A DNA stretch of 59,853 nucleotides, counting the filler. It is 8 parts of 8 records of this genome, joined end to end, with 100 filler letters (N's around TTAATTAATTAA, not from the genome) between each part and the next. Parts side by side here need not be neighbours in the genome. Positions count along the whole stretch, not along the records: positions 1 to 9,664 come from SRR31156797_26822; 7 more parts are not named here. One strand, written 5' to 3'. This document shows positions 1 through 9,305 of the stretch, one piece after another (position 1 is the first letter of the stretch; each line of letters starts with the position of its first letter). The position numbers and the translations under genes were made by a program. The notes under the pieces are model-generated. The model made no database searches. It was not told the DNA's origin and saw nothing but the letters and a program-made list of their open reading frames with translations.

Positions 1-1136
1 GCAGGATCGCTTTTTTTAAAGTATCCCGGTGTGGTGATGATCACATGCCCGAACTCGGGAGCCAGAAGCCGGGCCATGCCGTCTGCATCCTTATCGTCCT
101 GACAGGCAAACAGGAGCACCTTCGCCTTTTCGACCGATATGGTCAGGAAATTTTCCAGTGTCAGCGAGACGGAACGGGGCGTATGGGATCCGTCGAGAAT
201 GCAAAGCGGCTTCTCTGAAAGAAGCTGCATCCTTGCGGGCAGACTGGTGTTCCTAAAGCCCTTCAGCCATAGCGACCTGTCCCGATCGGGAAAGAGCCGG
301 GTCAGGACCTCCAGGGCCAGCGCCGCATTCCATGCCTGAATCTCTCCGGCCATCGTCAGCTCTCCCGTAAGGCTTCCTCCGTCCCTGCAGACAATGGTAT
401 AGCGACTGAAACCCGTCTCCTGGCTGAAATCGATGCGCTCTATTCGATCGTCAAGAAAGAGTAGCTCAGCCTCCATCTCTTCCGCCTTGTCCCGGAATAC
501 CCGGGCGGCTTCGCCCTCCTGGGGAGCGCTGAAGACGGGAATGCCCGTTTTTATTATACCGGCCTTCTCTGCGGCGATCAGCTCCAGGCTGTTACCCAGC
601 CACTGGGTGTGCTCCAGTTCTATCGGAGTAAGCACGACGGCTTCGGGTGCCACTGTGTTGGTGGCGTCGAGCCTGCCGCCAAGGCCCGTCTCGATAACGG
701 CCCAGCTGCATCCCGCTTCCTTGAACAGGAGAAAACCCAGAAGGGTTAGCAGCTCGAAAGTTGTGGGATCCGTACCGCCCGGCAGATCTCCCATGGACTC
801 GCGGATAGAGGAGATCATCCGGGTATAGGCCTCATCGCCGAGGGGTTTGCCGTCCACCTTTATCCTCTCTTTGTAGTGGAGGACGTGGGGTGAGCTGTAG
901 AGGCCGGTTTTGAATCCGCCTTCCTTCAACGCAGAGGCCAGGAAGGCGCAGACCGATCCTTTGCCCTTCGAACCGGCCGCGTGGATGATCTTGAAACTGT
1001 TCTGTGGATCTCCGAACTGCTTTAAAAGGACCCGCATGCGATCGGGACGGTAACGTCTCTTCAGATCCTTCGTGTTTTTCTCCAGATTGGTAAAGGATTC
1101 TATCCAGGAGAAAGCCTCATCGATATCTCTAAACAT
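1..1136 (-). CDS. folC: Folylpolyglutamate/dihydrofolate synthase (3'-truncated by window edge)
   Basis: Manual translation from ATG at 1136: MFRDIDEAFSWIESFTNLEK...IIHAAGSKGKGSVCAFLASAL...GLYSSPHV...ETGLGGRLDATN, all FolC motifs. Not in the ORF track because it runs off the edge. Confidence 0.93.
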   Translation of the reverse strand, partial: MFRDIDEAFSWIESFTNLEKNTKDLKRRYRPDRMRVLLKQFGDPQNSFKIIHAAGSKGKGSVCAFLASALKEGGFKTGLYSSPHVLHYKERIKVDGKPLGDEAYTRMISSIRESMGDLPGGTDPTTFELLTLLGFLLFKEAGCSWAVIETGLGGRLDATNTVAPEAVVLTPIELEHTQWLGNSLELIAAEKAGIIKTGIPVFSAPQEGEAARVFRDKAEEMEAELLFLDDRIERIDFSQETGFSRYTIVCRDGGSLTGELTMAGEIQAWNAALALEVLTRLFPDRDRSLWLKGFRNTSLPARMQLLSEKPLCILDGSHTPRSVSLTLENFLTISVEKAKVLLFACQDDKDADGMARLLAPEFGHVIITTPGYFKKSDP

Positions 1137-2431
1137 CAGCGTCTTTTTCTCAGGGCGTCTCCGTGGGTGGTGAAGCCCTCGTAGTCCGCCAGGACCTCTA
1201 CATGGGGGGATATCTCTTTCAGGGCGCCGGGACTGGTATAGATGACGGAGGAATACTTGATAAAGTCCCTCACCGATACGGCCGACCAGGTGCGCGCGTT
1301 TCCTCCCGTGGGGAGAACCGCATTGGGTCCGACGGCGTAGTTGGCGATTGAGAAAGGTGTGTCCTCGCCAAGGAGGATCTCTCCGGCGTTCCTTATCAGA
1401 GCCAGGGTTTCAAAGGGCTCCTCCGTCTGCAGCTGGAGATGCTCGGTGGCGAAGAGATTGGCAAGCTCCGCCGCTTCCTCAAGTGAGGCGGTAAGGATGA
1501 TGCCGCCGTAGCCCCGCATCACGTCTTCCACAAAGGTCTTCCGGGGCTCGGGAAGCTCGCTGCAAAACTCCTCTATATACCGGGCGCAGCCGTCAGCCAG
1601 CTCCTCGCTTGGCGTGATGAGAAGGGCCGCGGAATCTGAGCCGTGTTCGGCTTCGATAAGAAGATCGAGGGCCACCTTGCGGGGATCCGCCTTGCCGTCG
1701 GCTATGACGATGGACTCGGACGGCCCTGCGGGAAGGCCCACGTCCACCTGGCCGTAAAGGAGCCGCTTGGCAGCGGTAACATACATGCTTCCGGGGCCGA
1801 GCAGTTTGTGAACGGGCCTGATGCTCTCGGTGCCGTAAGCCAGGGCCGCCACGGCATGGGCTCCCCCTACCTTATAGACCTCTCCTACGCCGCAGAGCTT
1901 CGCCGCGTAGAGACAGGCGGGATCCACCTTCCCGTCCTTATCCGGAGGCGTCACAACCGCGATCCTGTCGACGCCGGCCACCTGAGCGGGCACGGCCAGC
2001 ATATAGAGCATGGATGGAAAATTCCCCCGGCCCCGGGGGACGTACAAGCCGGCGGATTCTATGGGAATAGCCTTCTCTCCGGCCAGCATCCCGGGACATA
2101 TCTCTACCATAGTCATGGCCTCGGGCTTCTGGGTTATATGAAATCGCCTGATATTGTCAATAGAGTATTCCAGTGCCTCTTTGACCTCGTCGCTGATGAG
2201 CTTGTCCGCTTCATTCCACTCCTCTTCCGAAACACGGAGTTCCATTGAGACCGGAGTGCCGTCGAAATTGTGATTGTAATCCCTGAGAGCGGCATCGCCC
2301 TCGTTCTTCACCCTGAGGACAATCTTCTCCACAGCGTCGCGGACCTCTGAAATATCCGTCTCTGAACGGGACAGGAGCGTGTCCCGCGCGGACCTGTCCA
2401 TGGAATTCCAATCGTATCTGTTAATCTTCAT
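1136..2431 (-). CDS. hisD: Histidinol dehydrogenase homolog (atypical active-site residues)
   Basis: GLYVPRG, KLLGPGSMYVTAAK, GLPAGPSE, AEHG, ATEHL, NAVLPTGG motifs. Start taken at ATG 2431 after RBS GAAAGGA. Stop overlaps the folC start (TGATG). Confidence 0.85.
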   Translation of the reverse strand: MKINRYDWNSMDRSARDTLLSRSETDISEVRDAVEKIVLRVKNEGDAALRDYNHNFDGTPVSMELRVSEEEWNEADKLISDEVKEALEYSIDNIRRFHITQKPEAMTMVEICPGMLAGEKAIPIESAGLYVPRGRGNFPSMLYMLAVPAQVAGVDRIAVVTPPDKDGKVDPACLYAAKLCGVGEVYKVGGAHAVAALAYGTESIRPVHKLLGPGSMYVTAAKRLLYGQVDVGLPAGPSESIVIADGKADPRKVALDLLIEAEHGSDSAALLITPSEELADGCARYIEEFCSELPEPRKTFVEDVMRGYGGIILTASLEEAAELANLFATEHLQLQTEEPFETLALIRNAGEILLGEDTPFSIANYAVGPNAVLPTGGNARTWSAVSVRDFIKYSSVIYTSPGALKEISPHVEVLADYEGFTTHGDALRKRR

Positions 2432-2556
2432 AAAAGTGTTCCTTTCATTTGTAGGGTGGTGCGGCTCTGCCCTATGGCATGATCCGGAAGGTTTCGGACT
2501 GCATGCGTTAAAGTATACCGGGTAGTCGGAGCATGTAAAGAACGGCTGCCTGCCGT

Positions 2557-2910
2557 TCAAAGCATGGTCATCTCAATCCTGCCGCCTATGCTGAGGGTAT
2601 CGCCCGGATTGATTTTGATATATTTCCCGGCCTTTATTTTCTTGCCGTTTATCATGGTGCCGTTGCTGCTGTCTCTGTCCTGCACAAAGTAGCTGCCTCG
2701 GATCTGTTGAATCTCAAGATGGAATCGTGAGACCAGGCCGTCTTCTATGACAAAGTCATTCTTCTTATCTCTGCCTATGGTCATTCGGCTTGCAATCTTG
2801 ATCTCTTTCCCATTGAACAGAAGGCAGCGGATGGTTTTATGCCCCACCTTCTTCAACCTCTTTCCGACGGGACTGTCCTGGATAATCGTTTCATCTTTCA
2901 CTAGAGGCAC
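2557..2910 (-). CDS. FHA domain protein
   Basis: IGRD...VSRFH...DRDSSNGTMING is the FHA signature. Confidence 0.88.
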   Translation of the reverse strand: MPLVKDETIIQDSPVGKRLKKVGHKTIRCLLFNGKEIKIASRMTIGRDKKNDFVIEDGLVSRFHLEIQQIRGSYFVQDRDSSNGTMINGKKIKAGKYIKINPGDTLSIGGRIEMTML

Positions 2911-3085
2911 TCCTGCGTTATATAATAAAATAAATAGTGGCCGAGGTACAGTAATAACGAGAAATTCGGCCTATGTCTGAGCACGTCCGGCTGCGTGTTA
3001 AATATCAAGTTTGATATTGCCGATAATTCATGATAAAGCGCACGGATTAAAATAGAATGATGTAAGCCGTGTTCAGGAGGATGCA

Positions 3086-3520
3086 ATGAAAGCCAGTGCG
3101 GATTTTCCTACTATAAACGATAAAAAGCCGGAAGGAGTCAGTCCCGGAGGGGTGCCTTACAGGGTCCTGATTATCGATGACTCCATGTTCGTACGCAAAC
3201 AGATCGGACAGATCCTTACCAGCGAAGGGTTTGAGATCGTCGATCAGGCCGGAGACGGGGTAGAGGGGATTGAAAAATACAAAGAGCACTCCCCCGGAAT
3301 CGATCTGGTGACTCTGGATATAACCATGCCGAGGATGGACGGCGTTACGGCCCTGGAAAAGATTATCCAGTTCGATCCGCAGGCCCGCGTGGTTATGATC
3401 AGCGCCCTGGGCAAACAGGATCTTGTTAAAAAGGCTCTTATCGCCGGTGCCAAGAACTATATCGTAAAGCCTCTGGACAGAAAGAAAGTCCTTGAGCGCG
3501 TAACCTCTGTTCTGGACTGA
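3086..3520 (+). CDS. cheY: CheY-type single-domain response regulator
   Basis: VLIIDDS, LVTLDITMPRMDG, SA, YIVKP motifs. N-terminal extension resembles spirochaete CheY. Confidence 0.85.
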   Translation: MKASADFPTINDKKPEGVSPGGVPYRVLIIDDSMFVRKQIGQILTSEGFEIVDQAGDGVEGIEKYKEHSPGIDLVTLDITMPRMDGVTALEKIIQFDPQARVVMISALGKQDLVKKALIAGAKNYIVKPLDRKKVLERVTSVLD

Positions 3521-3544
3521 TTTTTTTCGTTCCGCTATCCCTGT

Positions 3545-4249
3545 TCAGATAGAAGGGATGCGGCAGGGAATCCCCTCCGCCAGAAAGAGATCCCGAATCT
3601 CTTCCATATAGGACCGGCTTGTCGTTTCGTGCTCGTTATAGGCGGGATCCAGGCAGTTTTCAGGTTTGAAGGGGTTCAGAACGTAATCACGACAGCCCCT
3701 TATGAAACCCGCCAGTTCGGCCACCCACTCTTTTCTTATCAGATCAGGATGCACTGTCGTTCTGAACTGTGCGGGGATTCCGGAATCAATGATCATACGG
3801 ACGGACTTCTTCAGGGCGGTTGAGGCGCTGGCCGGAACCCCCAGCTGTGCCAGGTTTGTGAAGGACGTTTTAATATCCATGGCGATAAAGTCGGGAGCTT
3901 CGGTCTCCATTACCGATGCCAGACGTTCGGCAAGCAGGCCGTTGGTGTCCAGTTTTATCCGCAGCCCCGTTTCCGTTCGAACGATGCGGATGAAATCACT
4001 CAGGCCTTCGAATAAAAGCGGCTCCCCTCCGGATATAACCACCCCTCCCAGGAGGGGAGCCCTGTTTTTTAAAAATTGAATCACTTCATCCCTGTCAATC
4101 AGACCTTCCCTATCTCCCAGAACGAGTCCCGAATTATGACAGTAGGGACAGCGCATGTTGCATCCCGGAAAGAATATGACTGAGGCGACTCTTTCCGGGT
4201 AATCCAGCAGGGATGTCTTCAGAAGTCCGACGGATGGGGGCAGTCGCAT
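3545..4249 (-). CDS. nrdG: Anaerobic ribonucleotide reductase activating enzyme (radical SAM)
   Basis: GCNMRCPYCHN (CX3CX2C), SGGEP, DTNG. Last gene of the nrdD operon. Confidence 0.92.
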   Translation of the reverse strand: MRLPPSVGLLKTSLLDYPERVASVIFFPGCNMRCPYCHNSGLVLGDREGLIDRDEVIQFLKNRAPLLGGVVISGGEPLLFEGLSDFIRIVRTETGLRIKLDTNGLLAERLASVMETEAPDFIAMDIKTSFTNLAQLGVPASASTALKKSVRMIIDSGIPAQFRTTVHPDLIRKEWVAELAGFIRGCRDYVLNPFKPENCLDPAYNEHETTSRSYMEEIRDLFLAEGIPCRIPSI

Positions 4250-4254
4250 CTTCG

Positions 4255-4794
4255 TCAGGCGGTTACCGATTCCAGAGCGAACAGATTCTCGACATCCGAC
4301 GGATGGCAGGTCCTGTACAGCTCCTTACCCTCCGCATCCTGAAAGATGACGGTGGGCGCGGAGAATACCATGTTTTCGGAAGCGGCTTCCAACCCCCTTT
4401 CCATATCCACATTCAGATGCTCCCCTTCCAGGGGGAGCATGTCCAGAACGTCCTTCATAGCGGGGCAGTTGGGACAGCTGCTTCGATAGAAATAGCTGTA
4501 GCCGCTGATATTCTCTGTTGAGGCTATTGTCTTATCGGTTACGGGAGAGAGCTCCTCGATGGAAGCCGGCTCCTGCTGGGACTCATCATTATCGAAGGCG
4601 GCGGGAGCGCTGCTATCGGCGCTGAAGGCGACTCTCTCTTTATACTCGCCCTTCTTCCCGACGTTCCAGTTCTTAACGGAGCGGTAATAGCCTACGATAC
4701 GGGAGTACACCTCGGTATTCTGTCCCTCCACATTGTTCATCTGCTCCTTGAGGGCGGCGATTTCACTGTCGATTTCTCTGATTCTGGTTTTCAT
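4255..4794 (-). CDS. Stand-alone class III RNR glycyl-radical domain fused to a thioredoxin/glutaredoxin-like domain
   Basis: N-terminal coiled coil, then EVYSRIVGYYRSVKNWNVGKKGEY (glycyl-radical loop), an acidic linker, then YFYRSSCPNCPAM...SAPTVIF (CxxC plus cis-Pro thioredoxin fold). ATG lies 1 nt after the nrdD stop, with RBS AGGAGAGG. Confidence 0.85.
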   Translation of the reverse strand: MKTRIREIDSEIAALKEQMNNVEGQNTEVYSRIVGYYRSVKNWNVGKKGEYKERVAFSADSSAPAAFDNDESQQEPASIEELSPVTDKTIASTENISGYSYFYRSSCPNCPAMKDVLDMLPLEGEHLNVDMERGLEAASENMVFSAPTVIFQDAEGKELYRTCHPSDVENLFALESVTA

Positions 4795-4795
4795 T

Positions 4796-6907
4796 TCATT
4801 CCTCTCCTTTGGCCATAAGCGCAGCTTTTTCGTTTTCAAGGTCTTCTATTCTTGATTTGATCTTCCTTTTCTCTTCTTCCTGGCAAATAGGGCAGTTAAA
4901 GTGTTCTCCCCTCAGATAGCCATGGGTCTTGCATATGGAGAAGGTGGGGGAGATCGTGAAATAGGGAAGCCTGTAGTTATGGGCAATGGATTTCACCAGT
5001 TCCCGGCAGGCTTTCCAGTCCTCGATCGCCTCTCCCAGGAAACCGTGGAAGACGGTTCCTCCCGTATACCGCGTCTGAAGATCATCCTGAAGGTCCAGGG
5101 CCTCGAAGATATCTTCCGTATAGTCAACGGGCAGCTGGGTGGAGTTGGTATAGTAGGGATTGTCTTCGGTTCCGGCAGTTATGATGCTGGGGAAATGCTT
5201 CTTGTCATGCTTGGCCAGGCGGTAGCTCGTGCTCTCCGCAGGTGTCGCTTCGAGGTTGAAAAGGTCCCCCGTTTTTTCCTGGTAATCTGACAGTCTCTGG
5301 CGCATATGATCCAGAATCTCTCCGGCGAAGTCATGGGCGTCCCTGTCGGTGATATCTTTTCCCATAAAGTTGATCAGACACTCGTTCATTCCGTTGAGCC
5401 CTATAGTGGAAAAGTGATTGTTCAGATGGGAGAGATAGCGCTTGGTATAGGGGAAGAGCCCCGAATCCAGTAGGCGGTTGACCACCTTCCTCTTGACCAC
5501 CAGGGAGTCGCGTGCCAGATCCATCATATGGTTGAGCTGCTCGAAGAAGTCGCTCCGGCTGCCGGCAAGGAATCCGAGACGGGCCAGGTTTATGGTGACA
5601 ACGCCGATGGAGCCGGTGAATTCATCAGAACCGAACAGACCGCCGCCCCGTTTGCGCAGCTCCCTCTTGTCCAGCTGAAGACGGCAGCACATGGACCTGA
5701 CGTCCTCGGGATTAAGATCGGAATTGATGAAGTTCTGAAAGTAGGGCGTTCCGTAACGGGACGTCATCTCGAAAAGCAGCTGCGCGTTCTCGCTGTCCCA
5801 GTCAAAGTCCTTGGTAACGTTGTATGTGGGGATGGGATAGGCGAAGCCCCGGCCGTTGGCGTCTCCCTGAATCATAAGTTCGATAAAGGCCTTGTTGATC
5901 ATCCCCATCTCTTCGAGGCAGTCTCCGTAGGAGAAGTCCTGTTCCTCGCCGCCGACGATGGCCTTTCTCTCCTTCAGGTCATCGGGAACGGTCCAGTCCA
6001 GAGTTATATTGGTAAAGGGAGCCTGGCTGCCCCAGCGGGAAGGGGTGTTCACACCGAAGATAAAGCTCTGGATGCACTGCTTTACCTCCTTGTAGCCCAG
6101 CTTGTCGACCCTGACAAAGGGAGCCAGGTAGGTATCGAAGCTGGACAGGGCCTGGGCTCCGGCCCATTCGTTCTGCATAATTCCCAGAAAATTAACGATC
6201 TGGAAGATCAGGGTTGACAGATGGCTGGCGGGCCGGGAGGTAATCTTCTCACTGACGCCTCCCAGTCCCTCTGCGATGAGCTGACGGATAGACCAACCGG
6301 CGCAGTAACCGCTGAACATGGACAGGTCGTGGATGTGCATGGCTCCGCTGCGGTGCGCTTCCGCCACCTCTCTGGAATAGATATTCTTCAGCCAGTAGTT
6401 CGCTGTGATGGTTCCCGAATTGTGAAGGATCAGCCCTCCCAGGGAGAAGTTGACGTTGGCATTCTCGTTCACCCTCCAGTCTGACTGGGAAAGGTAGCCG
6501 TCCATGGTTTCGTTGATATCCAGCATCAGCTTTCTGGTATCCCTGATAGCCTCGTGCCGTGCCCTGTACAGGATGTACGCCCGGGCTATATCCACCTCAT
6601 TGTTTTCGATCAGCACCTTCTCAACGATATCCTGTATCTCTTCAACGGCGGGGGCTGAGTTGGGATGCCTGTCAGACATAAAGACGATCAGATTAGCCTC
6701 GACGCTCTTGGTCAGCCGATCGCTCAACTCATCGTCCTTACCGTGAACGGCATCAACCGCCTTGACGATGGCCTCGCGGATTTTGATCCTGTTGTAGGGG
6801 ACGACGCTGCCGTCCCGTTTTACAACCCTTTGAATGACGCTTTCTGCAGGCGACGCAGCTTTAGCCTCGTCGCCAAGAAAGACCCTCCAGTCGTTCTTAA
6901 GCTCCAT
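4796..6907 (-). CDS. nrdD: Class III (anaerobic) ribonucleoside-triphosphate reductase catalytic subunit, lacking the glycyl-radical loop
   Basis: ATP cone (VVKRDGSVVPYN), HIHDL, RSMCCRL, EATPAESTSYRLA, YTGGTVFH, CxxH...CPIC zinc site. No RxxGY motif before the stop. Confidence 0.95.
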   Translation of the reverse strand: MELKNDWRVFLGDEAKAASPAESVIQRVVKRDGSVVPYNRIKIREAIVKAVDAVHGKDDELSDRLTKSVEANLIVFMSDRHPNSAPAVEEIQDIVEKVLIENNEVDIARAYILYRARHEAIRDTRKLMLDINETMDGYLSQSDWRVNENANVNFSLGGLILHNSGTITANYWLKNIYSREVAEAHRSGAMHIHDLSMFSGYCAGWSIRQLIAEGLGGVSEKITSRPASHLSTLIFQIVNFLGIMQNEWAGAQALSSFDTYLAPFVRVDKLGYKEVKQCIQSFIFGVNTPSRWGSQAPFTNITLDWTVPDDLKERKAIVGGEEQDFSYGDCLEEMGMINKAFIELMIQGDANGRGFAYPIPTYNVTKDFDWDSENAQLLFEMTSRYGTPYFQNFINSDLNPEDVRSMCCRLQLDKRELRKRGGGLFGSDEFTGSIGVVTINLARLGFLAGSRSDFFEQLNHMMDLARDSLVVKRKVVNRLLDSGLFPYTKRYLSHLNNHFSTIGLNGMNECLINFMGKDITDRDAHDFAGEILDHMRQRLSDYQEKTGDLFNLEATPAESTSYRLAKHDKKHFPSIITAGTEDNPYYTNSTQLPVDYTEDIFEALDLQDDLQTRYTGGTVFHGFLGEAIEDWKACRELVKSIAHNYRLPYFTISPTFSICKTHGYLRGEHFNCPICQEEEKRKIKSRIEDLENEKAALMAKGEE

Positions 6908-6978
6908 GCTCCCCTCCCAGGAAAAGTAAAAAAAATATTCTGTCGTCTTTTTAATTGAGTTTAATTATTTATCTTTAT

Positions 6979-7434
6979 CTATTCAGTAAGAGTTTCGATG
7001 ATGCTTACGAACTCTTCTACGTTCTCAAAATGTCTGTATACCGAAGCGAAGCGGACATAGGCTACCTTGTCCAGGGCATAGAGCTGGGTCATGACCATCT
7101 CTCCCAGATCCACAGAACTGATTTCATGGCTGGATTTTCCCTTCAGATTAGCCTCATCCTCTATATCATGAAGAATGCTGTCTACCTTGACCTGGGATAC
7201 AGGTCTTTTTTCAACGGCTCTCTGGATACCCCTTTCCAGCTTTTTTATATCGAAAGGCTGGCGCGTGTTATCCTTCTTTACAACCATCAGAGGGATCTCT
7301 TCCACCTTTTCATAGGATGTGAAGCGATAGCCGCAAGAGGAACACTCGCGGCGGCGTCTGATAGAAGTACCGCTGATATTCTGCCTTGACTCGATGACTT
7401 TATCGTCCAGATTGTCGCAAAGGGGACATTTCAT
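6979..7434 (-). CDS. nrdR: Transcriptional repressor NrdR
   Basis: MKCPLC...KVIESR...IRRRRECSSCGYRFTSYE, ATP cone, DKVAYVRFASVY. Confidence 0.96.
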   Translation of the reverse strand: MKCPLCDNLDDKVIESRQNISGTSIRRRRECSSCGYRFTSYEKVEEIPLMVVKKDNTRQPFDIKKLERGIQRAVEKRPVSQVKVDSILHDIEDEANLKGKSSHEISSVDLGEMVMTQLYALDKVAYVRFASVYRHFENVEEFVSIIETLTE

Positions 7435-7448
7435 TTCTTTCTCCGGCA

Positions 7449-7519
7449 ACACTATATATGGGGCGCCATATAATGTGTTTCTTTTGACGTAAATCAATAT
7501 ACCACACCAGATATGGGTT
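7449..7519 (-). promoter_or_regulatory. Two NrdR boxes upstream of the nrdR-nrdD operon
   Basis: ACACTATATATGGGGC (7449-7464) and ACACCAGATATGGGTT (7504-7519) resemble the NrdR-box consensus acaCwAtATaTwGtgt and lie directly upstream of nrdR. Confidence 0.75.
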
Positions 7520-7619
7520 TTCAAGTTGGAAACAAGGATTTACTAAAAAATTAAATAGAATCAAATCTTTGAAAATCAATCATGGTCCTGTATGATAGAA
7601 TAAGTTCCTGAAGGAGAAA

Positions 7620-9305
7620 ATGATGCCTTTCGAATTAAAAATCAATACGATTAACGAATTCCACAATGAGGTTGTCCGCCGCTTCGCTGATCGTCCGTTT
7701 CTTTACTTTGTAGACGAAGAGCCAATCAGCTATAATGAGTATGCCGGACAGGTTCGCAATTTAAGAAAAAAGTTGATTCAAGCGGGTGTTAAGAAGGGAG
7801 AGCCCGTGGCTCTTCTGGGGCCGGCCTCCCCGAACTGGGCTGTGTCCTTTATGGCCGTGATGAGTGCCGGACTCGTGGTCGTGCCTATCATGGAGGACTT
7901 TCCCGCCGGCGATATCAATCACATCCTATCCGACTCGGGAGCCAGGGCGGCCATGATAGCGTCCCCTTACCAGAGCAGAAACGACCTTCCAGCCCTCAGC
8001 GGCCTGCCCCTGTTCAGTCTGGAAGATCTGAATCAAATAGACGGTTCTCCGCTTAATACCGGAGAGAGGGAGAGTTCAGGACCGCCTCCCTTTACAGAGG
8101 CTGAGCATCCCGAAGCCTGCGAAGCCGACGGGGATGGCTGCTACCCCGCCTCTCCCTCGGACGTCGCCGAGCTGCTGTACACATCCGGGACGACCGGCCA
8201 CTCCAAAGCGGTGATGCTGACCCATAACAATCTTGTCACCAATCTCTATGAAGGGACCGATCTGATAGATGAGTGCTTTGACGAACAGACGATACTGATG
8301 TCTCTGCTTCCCATGGCCCATGCCTACGGATCCACATCCGCGTTCCTCTCCATTATGTACAAGGGGCCCCGCATCTGTTTTCTGAGACGGAAACCCACAC
8401 CCGAATACCTTCAGACCGTATTCCGCAAGGTTCAGCCCACCGTTCTAGGCGGAGTGCCTCTGATCTTCGAGAAAATATTCCAGAAAAAGATACAGCCCAT
8501 GATCAGATCCAGGCGCTTCCTGGCCTGGGGGGTAGAGAACTCAACACTGTTCAGGAAGGCCTTCTATCGCCTGGCCGGGCGCTCTGTATTGAAATACTTC
8601 GGAGGGAAGATCCGGTGCATTATCATCGGAGGCGCCACCTTCAGCGAACAGGTGGAAACCTTTATGCGCGAGGCAAAGATTCCTTACCTTCTGGGCTACG
8701 GGCTGAGCGAGACCTCTCCGCTTCTCACCTTCTCCTCCCTGGGGGAATCGCGCTTCGGATCGGTAGGGCATGCGGTACGCCATACGGAGATTAGGATTTC
8801 CTGTCCCGATGACAAGGGGATCGGAGATATCGAAGTAAGGGGCCCCCAGATTATGAAGGGATATTTCAGGCGGAGCGAGGATACGGAAAAAGCCTTTACC
8901 CCGGACGGGTGGTTCAAGACCGGAGACCGGGGGATCATGGACGAGGACGGCTTCCTGTACATACGCGGGCGGAGCAAGAACGTCATCGTCGGGAGCTCGG
9001 GGGAAAATATCTACCCCGAAGTGATAGAGACCATGCTGAACGCTTACGATATTGTCGAAGAATCCCTGCTTTACATGGAAGGGCGATCTCTTACGGCCCT
9101 GATCTATCCCGATAGGGAATTGGCGGAAATGCGTTTCGGTGGAGACGAGAAGGCCCTTGCCGAGGCTCTGGACGCTGTGAGGATCGATTTAAACAAAGGA
9201 TTGTCCATGAACGCAAAGATCACCGGCATAAGACTGAGGGCCGAACCCTTTGAAAAAACGCCGACCAGAAAAATCAAAAGGGCCCTTTACATCCCCGGCT
9301 ACTGA
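7620..9305 (+). CDS. Long-chain fatty acyl-CoA synthetase (AMP-binding)
   Basis: LYTSGTTGHSK, GYGLSETSP, GWFKTGD, GRSKNVIV...GENIYPE. Confidence 0.9.
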   Translation: MMPFELKINTINEFHNEVVRRFADRPFLYFVDEEPISYNEYAGQVRNLRKKLIQAGVKKGEPVALLGPASPNWAVSFMAVMSAGLVVVPIMEDFPAGDINHILSDSGARAAMIASPYQSRNDLPALSGLPLFSLEDLNQIDGSPLNTGERESSGPPPFTEAEHPEACEADGDGCYPASPSDVAELLYTSGTTGHSKAVMLTHNNLVTNLYEGTDLIDECFDEQTILMSLLPMAHAYGSTSAFLSIMYKGPRICFLRRKPTPEYLQTVFRKVQPTVLGGVPLIFEKIFQKKIQPMIRSRRFLAWGVENSTLFRKAFYRLAGRSVLKYFGGKIRCIIIGGATFSEQVETFMREAKIPYLLGYGLSETSPLLTFSSLGESRFGSVGHAVRHTEIRISCPDDKGIGDIEVRGPQIMKGYFRRSEDTEKAFTPDGWFKTGDRGIMDEDGFLYIRGRSKNVIVGSSGENIYPEVIETMLNAYDIVEESLLYMEGRSLTALIYPDRELAEMRFGGDEKALAEALDAVRIDLNKGLSMNAKITGIRLRAEPFEKTPTRKIKRALYIPGY

